64,000 nucleotides of DNA from Euprymna scolopes (GCA_053919585.1 CM132799.1), one strand, 5' to 3'; shown: positions 38,545 to 51,563, counted from the first letter of the stretch. The notes: generated from the sequence alone by a model not told the origin. Program-made: numbers and translations.

Positions 38545-39375
38545 GCAGATTCCAGTAAAGCAACTGGCCCTGACGGAATTCTCTGATCCCCATCTGGTAT
38601 CAATTGAAATTGATGGCTCTCGTTTAGGGGAAACTCCATGTTTTGATAAGCTTATGGAATTGACCTTTATTCCTGACCTGAAATGGAACATGTACATAAA
38701 GTCTGTTGCCAAGGTCGCTGGAAAAATGGTATGATCCTTCTACCGCTCCAATAGATATCTCACTGCTGATGCAATTCTCTATCTATATAAAAGCCAAGTA
38801 CATCCACGGATAGAGTACTGCTGCCACATCTGGACAGGGGCTGCTAAAAACAGCCTATCCTTCCTTGACATAGTACAAAATAGACTTCGTGGCCTAGTGG
38901 CGGATTCCCTTTTCTCTTCCCTGCAACCTCTCTCCTACAGTAGAGACGTTGCGAGTCTGTCTTTGTTTTATTGTAATTTCCATGACAAGTGCTCGTCTGA
39001 GCTCAAATCTCTTGCCCCCTCGCCAATCATTCGTGAAAAACACCCATCTAGCTGAAACCACTGTCAATAATGTTCCCCATTCTTTATCGGTGCCTAAATC
39101 AAATCGTAGATTCCATGAACAAAGCTTCTTTCTTAGAAGTGCACGCTTGTGGAACTCTGTTCCGTTTGTCTGTTTCCCCCCTGATTATAACTTGGATGTC
39201 TTCAAGTCCAACAAAAATAAATCTCTGATAAACAGCCCCCTTAAGTAAGACACTTTATGAAATCTCACTTACTAACGATTACTACGATTTTATCCCATTG
39301 ACTACTGTAAACGCAATTACCCTTATCCCCGAATGGCTTCCGAGCCTTGATAAGTGGTGACTCCTATGTAAAACG
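38545..39375 (+). mobile_element. LINE ORF2 fragments plus 3' end
   Basis: SKATGPDGI; DLKWNMYIKSVAKVAGK; LYKSQVHPRIEYCCHIWTGA; SARLWNSVP; same 3' tail as above. Confidence 0.9.
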
Positions 39376-40211
39376 AAAGCACCTCTCCACGGCAAACTGC
39401 CCAAGTTACACCAAGCACAGAAGAAAGATTTGTCAACTGATAACACAATTTGCTATACATACACCTCACACAATCCTGCTATTTTTAGGCACACCTTCAC
39501 GGGGTTTTTTTCTGTTAAGGCGTGCATGCACATTATTTTCCATGTGATCCTTAAAAGAACTAGTCATACATACTTTTCTTACTTTACTTTGTGTTTCGCA
39601 AATCGGTTAAGTCGTACAGCTGTGCGTTTACGATAACAGATTTGGCTTTATGTCAAAGATGGCCAATTTATCATCCCCGTTCGCAACTAAGTCTAGTCAT
39701 TAACTGCTTCATCAAACGAGTTATTAATCCCAAGTAAAGCGATTAAGAATTGATATTGAGATCGTTGCATTAATCTTTAATGCAGGAAATATTACGAAAT
39801 TATTGAAAGCAGGTCGTAGGGATTGAATTACTAATTGAAGATATTTGATAAATAATCTTATTAAGTAACAACAATGTATTGGCACGATTATAACTACACA
39901 GAGCATGGTAAAATAGTGGCTGCCCAAATTTAAATCTCCAAAATAAACTATTTGCTATTCTTAAAAGAGTTTTTATTTTATATTCCGTGCTAGTACTAAT
40001 TAATTTATAGAAGTGTAAACCCGCGTCCCTAAAGTTCGACACTCTTTAAAGTTTAATATACCAAGAACAAAAAGTGAATCCAGATAGGATATTTTGCTAA
40101 AGATATTCCTTTATGATACTAGCATAATTGGGAACTGAAAAAAGCAGTTGATCAACGAATACGCCAAGTCATGGTTCTCGCAGAACACAGCAACAAATTA
40201 TCATAGTTGCT

Positions 40212-40500
40212 TTCGTCTCATATGAAGTAAGGTTCAACTTAGCTTAACTTTGGTGATCAAGCAAGAACTGGTGTGCTAACGTTATGATGCCTTATAATCT
40301 TCGAGCCTAGCAGGCACGAAATTGGTGACCAAATTGGGAATACCTGGGGTTGTATGTAAGAGGATGTCGATATTTCCGGTAACTCTTGCAGTCCACTTTG
40401 CCTCCAACTCTCTCCAGCATGTCCTACCGTTTCGTATGACTGATTGGAACGAGAGAGTGAAGCTAGTTCTGTGCAAACCAGCTTCCCTTAAAAGAAATTT
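40212..40500. mobile_element. 5S-derived SINE with an inverted 5' portion (40212-40298, -) joined to a sense 3' portion and body (40299-40500, +)
   Basis: - strand reads CATAACGTTAGCACACCAGTTCTTGCTTGATCACCAAAGTTAAGC; + strand reads CGAGCCTAG..TTGGTGACC..TGGGAATACCTGGGGTTGTATGTA followed by the shared body. Confidence 0.75.
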
Positions 40501-41289
40501 CCAGGTGAGAGCAACGCCGGGTACCCCTCGCTAGTTATATATAAAATACTATTTATATAAAGTCTTTTTCAGCAAAACTTTCAAACGATATATAAATGTC
40601 ACTTAACTTAAAATTGTCCTTTTACACTTTGTTGCATTTTCATTGTTTGGTTTGTTATAAGCCACAATAAGTGTGGGAAACATATCTTCAAGAACAATTA
40701 TAGAGTCATTCTGCTTCTTAAATAGATTATGGAACTTTGAATTGTCCAAGAAAGTTGAAATATTCAGCTAGAAAAACCATCAAATCTAAATCAACATTCC
40801 TTTAAGTAAGTATATTTTATATTTTTTTACCACAACGAAATCTTACTTTCTCTTATTTCGATTCCAGTCTTGACTTTGCGGATTTCCTTATTCCAAAGAT
40901 AAAAGGGAAAATGATTTATACGAGATTACTGTTTTTGATTTAAATCACAGTTACGTCCGGGGGTTTTTTTTTTATCAGATTTGCGATTATTTTCATTTTT
41001 GGTGTAATTCAAAACAATTAAATTCGTGATTCTTTTTTTTTTCTTCAGAAGTGAAAAAGACAAGAAAGAAAGAATGAAAGAGGGAAAAAGAGAAAGAAAG
41101 AACGAGAGAATAAAAATTAGGGAAAGTACTAAATGAATACTGATAGAAAGAAAAAGAAAATTAGAGAAGTGTGCAAGAAAAGATTTTCTTAGAAAATAAG
41201 AAAACATGTTCACGTTACTGTTTTTTTTTTTTTAGATAAGGGTTGATTATTTCGATTTTTCGGCCTACTGTTCTCATATTTAGAGTTAT

Positions 41290-41340
41290 TTTCAAAAGTT
41301 GTCGATAGATGTAACCTCCGACCTTCTTCAAGTGTATCTT
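41290..41340 (-). mobile_element. Penelope-type pseudo-LTR remnant with a degenerate hammerhead core
   Basis: - strand CTTGAAGAAGGTCGGAGGTTACATCTATCGACAAC; same family as 24031 and 54140-54320. Confidence 0.5.
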
Positions 41341-41611
41341 GTGGAATTCGGCAATATGTCTTTCGAACTTAGGAATGTGCACGGAATTTAAATTGGATCA
41401 TTTATTTAATCCGTGGGGTGGCATACTCTTGTTTCGTCAGTCATGCCTAAATTACTCGCTGTTTTATTTTAAGTGTCGCCCGTACTGAGGATTGAAATTT
41501 AAACGTGCAGCAGAGTGTCACTTTACAACTGAATTTTACCAAGTACTTTATCTTGCGGGCATCTTAAACCTATTTTCGTTTAAGATGTACGAACTTACTA
41601 TTTATTATATA

Positions 41612-41990
41612 CAAGGTGGCCCACTGATTGCAACGGGATCACCACATTTTTTAATACATTCAGGTACACTTTGATATTGACTTTAAAGCAGACTTCGAAA
41701 ATGTGAAGTGTCATGATGTAGCCCTCACTTGAAATCATACCAAAGGGCATAACCGTGGGTCGTCCGATGCGTTGAGCTGTGCCCTCAAGCTTTGTATCGT
41801 CCAGATTTGCATTTTGAGGGTGCTGGCACTAGTCCTGTTGTCATAACATGGATTGGTAAAGAGTATGAGTTGTACAGTGGCGCATCTCCGATCTCGTTTG
41901 ATGAACATTGTGTCACTTTCAAATAAAAGGCTACCGTCGCTCTGGGGATTTGTACACAACTTGCCAACTAGGTCTGCCAAGAAAGAAAAA
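41612..41990 (+). mobile_element. Tc1-like non-autonomous element; inverted partial copy at ~60700-60845
   Basis: Starts TA|CAAGGTGGCCC. TGAACATTGTGTCACTTTC..GTCGCTCT..GGGA.TTGTACACAACT.G.CAACTAG is shared with the - strand of 60700-60845. Confidence 0.55.
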
Positions 41991-42499
41991 GAAAATTGGT
42001 GTTCATCAAATGATTATGGAATCATGTTGTTTTTTTCTATGGCGNNNNNNNNNNNNNNNNNNNNNNNNNNNNNNNNNNNNNNNNNNNNNNNNNNNNNNNN
42101 NNNNNNNNNNNNNNNNNNNNNNNNNNNNNNNNNNNNNNNNNNNNNNNNNNNNNNNNNNNNNNNNNNNNNNNNNNNNNNNNNNNNNNNNNNNNNNNNNNNN
42201 NNNNNNNNNNNNNNNNNNNNNNNNNNTACTTACATACACTAGTATTTCATGCTTACGGACTGATAAGTGTAAGATGACATTTCCTGCAAGTTGGTAGATG
42301 CAAACACAGCCAAGAAGCCACGTTTGACTCAATTTGTAAACCTCTCTCTCCGGGCANNNNNNNNNNNNNNNNNNNNNNNNNNNNNNNNNNNNNNNNNNNN
42401 NNNNNNNNNNNNNNNNNNNNNNNNNNNNNNNNNNNNNNNNNNNNNNNNNNNNNNNNNNNNNNNNNNNNNNNNNNNNNNNNNNNNNNNNNNNNNNNNNNN

Positions 42500-42701
42500 A
42501 ATTAATATACGAAAGTATAGATTTATGCGTAAACTTTAAGTATTTACTTCAAAAGTGCTCAATACGTACGTAGAGCTAGTTAGTAAGTTATAAAATGTAT
42601 ATGGCGATTAAGCTACACTGAATATTAAGCCTGAAGAATCCTAGAGTGGATGAAACGCGGAATATTCAGTGTAGCTAAATCGCCATATACATTTTATAAC
42701 T

Positions 42702-42706
<5 letters not shown>
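42500..42706. mobile_element. Penelope-like pseudo-LTR in inverted arrangement around a hammerhead core
   Basis: 42500-42626 is the reverse complement of 50593-50720; core CTGAAGA-ATCC-TAGAGT-GGAT-GAAA at 42631-42655. Confidence 0.7.
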
Positions 42707-42736
<30 letters not shown>

Positions 42737-43250
42737 TTTTAAAAATTGAAATAATAATAATTTGAAAATAATATTTAAAAATTATAAATTCTTAAAGCCT
42801 CATATATCAGACCCCTTCAACCCACTATAAATGATATCGCATTCGAGAAAAGCAGTAACGTTCTAAAATATATTGTGTAGTTCGTATTGGACGGACTTTA
42901 TTTACGGTGTCCACGAACTTGCTGATTTTAATATTTGAATCTTTAATCGACTTTTCATCGACTCTATATATTTTAACTTATCGCCGTTTACTGTATATCT
43001 TAGTTTTCACTTTTAATTCTCATTTTAACCCCTTCAGATTTTTACTTCGACACGTGATGATGATTCGTGGACTTATTTAAAGTGCTCGTGACAGCAACAA
43101 CTATGGAACCTTTATTAATATTTTTGATTTTGATACAAAAAAGATCATACGGAAAATCGAAAAATTAAAAAAAAAACGAATCATAAAGCAAAGTCTCTCC
43201 GTTGTATTTAATAACATTTTCTTGAATATACATACATACATACACCCCCC

Positions 43251-43323
<73 letters not shown>

Positions 43324-44792
43324 AAACAGGTGTGCACATATGGATTACAAATAATAATAGAGATGTTTAAACTAACCTATAAGTACAANNNNNNNNNNNN
43401 NNNNNNNNNNNNNNNNNNNNNNNNNNNNNNNNNNNNNNNNNNNNNNNNNNNNNNNNNNNNNNNNNNNNNNNNNNNNNNNNNNNNNNNNNNNNNNNNNNNN
43501 NNNNNNNNNNNNNNNNNNNNNNNNNNNNNNNNNNNNNNNNNNNNCTAGTCTTTCATCCTTTCATTGGCAGAGAGTCACGATTATTTCCGATCAGGAGATT
43601 TGAACCCAGTCACGAAGCAATATCTGACTACATTAGCAGGGAACAAACCGCTCGGCCAACGTTAACAACGGGCAGAATATAGTTGCAACTAACATTTATA
43701 AAAAGTGTAAACGTCATTCAAAAAGGCAAAGAGTTACCATGTGATTTTAATATGTGACATATCTATATATNNNNNNNNNNNNNNNNNNNNNNNNNNNNNN
43801 NNNNNNNNNNNNNNNNNNNNNNNNNNNNNNNNNNNNNNNNNNNNNNNNNNNNNNNNNNNNNNNNNNNNNNNNNNNNNNNNNNNNNNNNNNNNNNNNNNNN
43901 NNNNNNNNNNNNNNNAATGAGTAGTAGTTTTTCATGAAAGTAGGTACATTTATCTCAGATCAGGTAATCATTTCTTCAGACAATTAATAAACATTTGAAA
44001 AGCTTCAACTTCGGCAACATTTTATAATATTTTTTTTTTGTTAAGTAGTTACTTCTCCAGTTTCAATTTATTCATTTAATGCTCTTTAAAAATCAATAAG
44101 AATTAGATGAAACGACGTGTTTTTCTCAAGGTAGTCAAGCAAAACTTAAGTTTTCTATTAAAAAATGAAAGAAAATAAAACAAATGAGTTACGTTACGTT
44201 ACAGCTCATGGGCACGTAGCGCAATTAATAAAAACATTGAGGTACAATCCGTTCATAACTTCTGCCAGCCAGTATTGCTTAGCTGAAAGAAAAGAATATA
44301 CGTAAGATTCAGACACTATCGTGTTTGACTATATGGTTAGTGTTAGTTTTTCTCATTTACAATTGTACACTGCTCACTCATTTTTCCCCAAATTTCAAAC
44401 AATTTTTATAGTTTATAGGTTACCTTCTCTGCTATATTTTGAAATAAAAATGTCCAATTTTCCTTCATTAAAACGAAAGTTATGATAAAATTACTGGTGT
44501 TCAAAGGTACTCAGAATTAGTAAGGAACGTAAGATACGATTTCTTCTGATTAGCTGTTGGTTAGTATAGCAAGTTTTTCGTCGAGGGAGTTAACAAAAAT
44601 GATACTCTTTGATGTGCTAGGGCTGATAATATTTCGTTGACATTAATTCTATTTCTCTGTTTATTGTCCCTTATTTCTATTTATTTACTTAATTCCATCT
44701 TTTACTTGATTTTTTTATTTAGTCAATTTAAAGAGTTGTTAATAATTGTTATTAACTAGACGATGGTTATGATATTAAACACAAAAGAAAAT

Positions 44793-45185
44793 ATATTTCA
44801 AAGCACAGGCTGGAAAAAGCATGGATTATATAGAAAAATGCGAGCATGCAAAGTGATATGGTTAAGATTAAGCTAAGAAAAGTAACATGGTTCTGTTGTT
44901 GTTATCGGAAAAAGGCAAGATATTCTAGTGAAAAAGATGATAAATTTATAACTTAAACTATTGCATTAAAACTTTATATATAATGTATTATTAATTTTTT
45001 TAAATGTACTGCTGCAATATTTTAAGTTATAAATTTATTATAATTTTTACTAGAATATATTGCCCTTTCTTTTCCTGTTTTAACAACTAGTCTTTTTACT
45101 TTTCCATGTTTAATCTTTACCATATTACTTTTCATGCTCGCATTTTTCTGTTATCTATGATCTTTACAGGCTTTGCTTTGAAATA
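44793..45185. mobile_element. Degenerate palindromic MITE/foldback (~390 bp)
   Basis: TATTTCAAAGCA..AGAAAAATGCGAGCATG..TAAATTTATAACTTAAA is mirrored by TTTAAGTTATAAATTTA..CATGCTCGCATTTTTCT..TGCTTTGAAATA. Confidence 0.75.
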
Positions 45186-45719
45186 ANNNNNNNNNNNNNN
45201 NNNNNNNNNNNNNNNNNNNNNNNNNNNNNNNNNNNNNNNNNNNNNNNNNNNNNNNNNNNNNNNNNNNNNNNNNNNNNNNNNNNNNNNNNNNNNNNNNNNN
45301 NNNNNNNNNNNNNNNNNTATTTGAGCAAATATTGTTAAGCTATAACTTCTCGCTGGATTATACTTTTTTATTTGTTCTATTTTTGTAATAGTCTTTTTAA
45401 ATAGAAAACATTAATGTCTTATCACAAAAATGTAAAAAACATGGCAATAAATAAAAAAGAAACCGCAGAAAAAAAAGATATTTAAAGCACGCTGTGAAAC
45501 CAGCGTTTTAAGTCAGATCCGTTTTAACACTGTTTCAAAACCTAAATTCCATGACGCCATAATTAGTGTCACAGAATAAAATTTTACTACGTTAAGCATT
45601 TTATAATATTATCACGGGAAAATATATATGCCTCCAGCGAGGTAGCCATCTGGGACGTTTTCTTTTCCTGAGAAATAGTAAGCTTTTTTTTTTCGTTTTT
45701 TCTTTTTAATCCTCTCTGA

Positions 45720-45945
45720 CAGTGGAGGACCTATTAGGTTGGCGACACTCTTCTCAGACTGATAGACTAGTAGCAGATGCACCAGCCCAAATGTGGCAAC
45801 AATACTCCGTGCATGGGCGAATTATGACCCTATAGAAGTACAAAATAGTCTCAGGCATCAGTAACCTTCTGGCAGAGTAGATAAAGCTCACCTTCTTTGC
45901 AGCAGCTTGCGCAATGTCTGCAATGTATCTGTACTCGTTTCTCTT
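45720..45945 (-). mobile_element. LINE ORF2 fragment
   Basis: YIADIAQAAAKKVSFIYSARRLL..IRPCTEYCCHIWAGAS. Confidence 0.85.
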
Positions 45946-46944
45946 CCCCACTTCCGCAATATTTATTTAAGAATACGTGTTTATTCTTTTTTCTAATACA
46001 CTTTTTTGTTATTTATTTACATGTAAACGAAAGCGATTCAATAAAGATGTTTTAAGAATAGAATGAACTTCGTCTCCTTTTTTTTTATTCCCTATGAATT
46101 AACATGATATAATTATATCATCTTAAGTTTTATCAATTAGTGACCCGAACCCGAAAAAATAAAAGAAATTAAAAACTTCCTCCGGTTACATTTCAGTCCC
46201 GCCTTGTAATGTTACTGGTTTTAGATACGGAAATACGTCTTCGGAAAATTAACTCGCGAATCAGATGATCTCAGCAAGTATAAAGAGATATCGTCACTTA
46301 ATATGAAACATGTGTTTTATTTTTGTGAGATGAGAGAAAAGGGTGTTTTTTTTTTCTTTCTTTCTTCAGAAATAGTCTCTGTGTTGCACCAGGAAGTGTA
46401 GTCAATTAAGACTTAGAGGTCACAGAAAGAAATCTGACAAGGTTTAGGGGGTAATAATCAGCTTAGCATACATCTTATAATCAAATGTTTCCCTCTATGC
46501 AAAACAAAAACAAAAAAAGGTGAAAAAAGAAAAGAAAAAGTAAAAAATAAAAAAGCAACTAAATACTAGAAAAAAAATAACACGGCCAATAAAACATATT
46601 ACAACGAGGGTAGAGCGAATGACCAGCTGTTGGTTAGAATTTGAAACCCATCACCCATTCAGGATGTATACCTCATTTCATAAAAGGCTGAGAGCAATCT
46701 TCAGTGGATCGCTGCCTTAAGAAATCTTCAGATCAAGTTATTGTAAGGAGAAACACAAACCATGAAAAGCGGATTCACACGATAATCTATTTTGCACGAC
46801 TAAAATGGCTAAATGCCTTTCTGACATCATATTTACATCGAGGGAAGAAAAGTGCGTTTGTTTTAAAAATAATAGAACTGGAAATAACCCGCCTGAAGGT
46901 AGCCCAATCGCTCATACGTATTTTTATGGTTTTTTGTTTGTTTG

Positions 46945-47180
46945 CTTTTTTTTTACATAGGCATCACAACTTATCAAGGCCAAGAGGTCACTCGAGGATA
47001 AGGGTTAAACAGTGTACAGTAGACATTATAGTAATCGTTAGTAATGGAAATTCGGTAAATGTATTAACTTATATATGGAACGGCTCATCAAAAACCTGTT
47101 TACGTTAGACTTGAAGACAACCATATTGTAGTCAGCTGGAAAGCAGGAAAACGGAAGACAATTCCATAGGCGTGCAGTTA
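46945..47180 (-). mobile_element. LINE 3' end
   Basis: Reverse complement of the tail AACCCTTATCCTCGAGTG..GCCTTGATAAGT..CCTATGTAAAA and of TARLWN. Confidence 0.8.
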
Positions 47181-47252
47181 TATGCTAAATATAATGCTTT
47201 CTGATCCAAGTATTGTTTAATTTTCTTTGTCCCATTCAATATATAAACGCTA

Positions 47253-48130
47253 TGAGGTGCTTTAAATAAGTTTCCAGACATTTTTCGTATGGATACTTTT
47301 ATTTATAGTACACACATTAAACTCTAGTCCCTCTTCGAAGTGATCTCCTCTGGTAGCAATGCACTTGTTGAAGGCCCCATGGAAATATTCTTGTGTGAGT
47401 GTGTCGATAAACGTTATCAAAGCCTTTTTCATTTCCCCAATTGTATTATAATAATAATAATAATAACCAAAAGTCACAAGTAGCAAGGTCTGGACTATAG
47501 TGAGGATGAGAAACTGTCTTGATGCCCATCTTAGTCAAATAGTCTAAAACAAGGATGGAGTTGTGGACTAGTACATTAGCACAAATCTGCATCTTCAGTT
47601 CCTTGTGTGTACCGTTCCCACACTGACATCAAACTATGCGCTTATTGTCTCTATAGAATCACAATGGTTCTTATCCATGAAATTCTTTATTTAGCCAATC
47701 AACTCAGGTATTCTAACTTCCTTACTTCTCCCACAGCTCTCACCATCCCTCATAGATGGCCTGCCTTCCTTAAATCTCTTATGTCCCTCCAAATCTGATG
47801 CTCGATTCATGTAAGATAGTCAAAAAGCAGGTTAAAGCATTCCATACGTTTCTCTAGCATTTTTACCATGTTTAAAACAATTTTATTGCATATCGTTCTT
47901 TTAAAGTGACCTCACGTCCTGATTGCCTTTTTGAAATTCACCAACTGTGATAATCAGGCTTTAGTAAGGTGCATTCCAATTCCTGCTGTAGTTGTTCATT
48001 TGAATCTGAGATTACAAAAATTAGGCAGTCATCTCATAAGATGTATAGCAATAACATACTGCATTTTTAAGACTCTATGACAATTTTAAATACTTGTACA
48101 AAAAGTCTGGAAACTTATTGAAGGTCCTCC
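47253..48130 (-). mobile_element. Internally deleted mariner element with both TIRs and TA TSD
   Basis: TIRs GAGG..AATAAGTTTCCAGAC and GTCTGGAAACTTATT..CCTC with TA at 47251 and 48131; - strand YSPDLATCDFWL and KCIATRGDHFEE. Confidence 0.92.
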
Positions 48131-49129
48131 TACTAAAGGGGTTGTTATAACGATACTGATATTAGAATAACATTTTGGTCGATGCTAAGTGGTTTACCCT
48201 GATAATCTTTGCAAACCGTTATTAATGGATAATAATTATAACTGTAATAATTAATAAATTGATATTATTAACTACAGCATTATATCAGTTGGTTCTATTA
48301 CTGTTAGTTTATATATGTAAACCTTAGCACACAGACTTGACTATGAATTTATATACCATTTCTTATTGAATACAATTGTTACATAAAGGAATTTTATCTT
48401 TATCAATGCAGTTACAAGTTTTAATAATACAGTTGGAAATTTTGAAACCATCACTAATCGATTACAATATTATACTTCCATTATCACGATTAATATACAG
48501 GTTATCGAAAATTGTACTTAAAATGTTTCGCTATGTTTACAAATTTTTGGGTGTGCATTATCAGCATTTGAATATTTGTGAACACAATTCTTGAATTACA
48601 TCTATCTTCTGTATTTGAAGCTATTCTATTTCACTCCATATTTATAAATAAGGGTTTTATCGTCATTGAAGTGTGAGTGCGTTTTTAAGACACCCTGTAG
48701 TTTAGAAATATTGTGTAAATAATCACAGGTAAGGGAACGGTTGTGATAAACATCACGTAGGTGAATTCAACGAAGCGCCATTGATCAAGTATATGTGTTG
48801 CTAAACCACTGGACCGATCAGAAGATTTCTCATTAATGTGGGTCCAGTATCGTAGAGCCGGGTGATTGCTGTTTCACGGCCACAAAATTGACACATCGGA
48901 CTTACAATAAGAGAAAAAGGAACACAAGACAGAAGAAAGAAGAAAACAAATCCCTCAAAGTTCGACAGAAGTCAAATGGTTGTCTTCTGTCATGACAGCA
49001 GCAGATTTGATATAACAAAGACGAATAACAAAAGTAATAGAATAGTCTCAGTACTGACTGCAATATGAAGCCAAAACCAACAACAGATCATGATGCGAAG
49101 TGCGTGTTCATGATGTAACCATCTATTTA

Positions 49130-49545
49130 AACAATAATATTAGATCCCACACTATCAGCTAAGGTCCAACCTCTTTTCCATTTCCACAATGTCGCATCCC
49201 TGTGCCTGTTTTATAAGTATTTCATTGGAATGTTCTCTGATGAACCCATAGCACTTGTGCCCCCTTCGATGTACAGACTCCCAATTAACCCAACAAACAG
49301 CAAAATCCCACACCTTCACTGTTGAGGTTTCTAAATGCCGGAAAGCTTTCTACTCTAATAGTTCATTTCCTCTGACTGTTACACTTTGGAATTACCTCCC
49401 TCTGTCCTACTTCTCTGTTAGTACTAATCTGCTGAAGTTTAAATGTAATGTGAACAGATATCTTGTTGCTCAAAATCACCCTAAATAGTACTTGCTTACG
49501 TACCAAGCGGCAGTATGCCTTGTTTGGGATGAACAAAAGTAAAAA
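49130..49545 (+). mobile_element. LINE 3' fragment (a more distant subfamily)
   Basis: VQPLFHFHNVASLCLFYKYF..SFPLTVTLWNYLP..KFKCNVNRYL. Confidence 0.8.
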
Positions 49546-49946
49546 AGTATCCAATCATGATATGCTGAATGGAAAAGGAAAATATTTCAGAACACACCGT
49601 GTGCACATCTAAAAAATAAAAGCCAAGACAAACTATCTGCTAAATAGATCACCACCAACAAGTTTATCAGGCAACCAGCTTTCTCGTCAAAGTAAGTTAT
49701 ATTAAAACAAATCATGCATGACATAAATCTTTATAAACGTAGTAATACATATCGTCATCCACAAAGAACAACTACTGCGAGTCACAGTCATCAGCATCGT
49801 CTACATCTATCTTAAAAAACAATAACACGCGTAAAAACACCAATAAACAACAATAAAGTTAAATATACTACAAACTAATATTACTGCTGATAACCCACAC
49901 ATTTTCTTACTTGACAAACGCATTGATACATGAAGCAAACATATGA

Positions 49947-50019
<73 letters not shown>

Positions 50020-50554
50020 TGGGAAAATTAAATATGAACTTAATGCATACTATAAACTCTCATGCTAGCAGAGCAGAACATACATGTAACCTGATCATCT
50101 GCAGGGAAAACAACTTGGGGTTTCCATACCATGTGGATATCTCTTGTAAGGATAGTTACGTCCTGGCCACGACACACTAACTTCCCAGTAGGTAAATAGT
50201 GCGTAATTTATTCTCTCCTGAGAACAATCCATCTGGTCTGGACTATCAGCTACAAAGTGTGTTGTGTACAAAATAAGCAACCATACGGTATTTTGGTACT
50301 AATTTTTAATGTCGTATCCCGGAGTTTTACTGTATAAACATTTGACAGCACGTTCTGAAGGCACCATGTTTTTATTAACACATATTAAATTATAATCGTA
50401 TCCGAGTACTAGCAAGGTCGGATATAAGGCTTTTAAACAGGTGAAGCTTTAACTCCCTCTAAAAGGGTTCATTATCACTGGTTCATATGAAGATTTGCAT
50501 ACACAACAGGCAGGGAATCTTTGTATGGCAATAAAATATTGCTATATTTCTAAC

Positions 50555-50750
50555 CCTTATGCCTGAATAGTCCTAGAGTGGATGAAACGCGGAATATTCA
50601 GTGTAGCTTAATCGCCATATATATTTTATAACTTACTAACTAGCTCTACCTACGTATTGGGCATTTTTGAAGTAAATACTTAAAGTTTACGCATAAATTT
50701 ATACTTTCGTATATTAAGTTTATGTGAGTAAATTGAGTAGTTATATATAC
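50555..50750 (+). mobile_element. Penelope-like pseudo-LTR with hammerhead-like core, ending at (TA)n
   Basis: CTGAATA-GTCC-TAGAGT-GGAT-GAAACGCGG at 50563-50592; near-identical to 42628-42706. Confidence 0.65.
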
Positions 50751-50813
<63 letters not shown>

Positions 50814-51510
50814 TATAAGAACAAGTAGATAATAAAACATGAAAAACACTGAAAAAGAGTTTAAACGTTGAAAAAGAGTTTAAAAACCATATTTAATTTA
50901 AAAAGGGAAACACTAAATAAGTGGATAGTCCTTAATCCACGGAGTTTCGTAGAAATACTTTCTTTCTCATCGGAGGGTAGGATTCAGCAAAATGCGGGAT
51001 CGGATTTTACTTGCAAAAGTATTTGATGAAACTATAAAAAAGATAATTATTCCAACGATTTCTGCCTTTTGGGTTATTTTTAGATCATCTTCCAATTACG
51101 CGATTCCCTTGGATTTTACTTGTGCGAATGGAACTTTAACTAACTTTCTTGGATTCTGCATCTTTGGATTTTACCGTCATTAGAAATTTTACCCTTCATC
51201 AGAATGTCCATTCACATGAAATCAATTTTTTATTCACCCTATCCCCTCTGTTTCACTTTTTGTTATCAAGTAAGATCTATGACTTACTTGTAGTTTCATT
51301 TAATTCTTTTGCAAGCAATCAGTCTTTGCAAGAATCAGCTTTCGTTTTGTTAGCTCCTTACATCAAGTGATTCCATGCGTTGTCTCGAGCGATTTCTATA
51401 AAAATAATATTTTTATATTACAATTTTAGAAGAATAAAAAGTATTCAGAATTAGTAAATATTTATTTATGCGCATGTGTGCTTGGTGAAGAAAGTTGGGT
51501 AAATATGTAG

Positions 51511-51563
<53 letters not shown>

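Noticed and set aside
40926-41213. Hydrophobic membrane-protein ORF (similar cases at 52674 and 55741)
   Set aside because: Translations of GA-rich, A-rich or (ATT)n low-complexity DNA.
35862-43935. ORFs containing runs of X
   Set aside because: Artefacts of assembly N-gaps; the same applies near 1716-1861 and 63640-63777.
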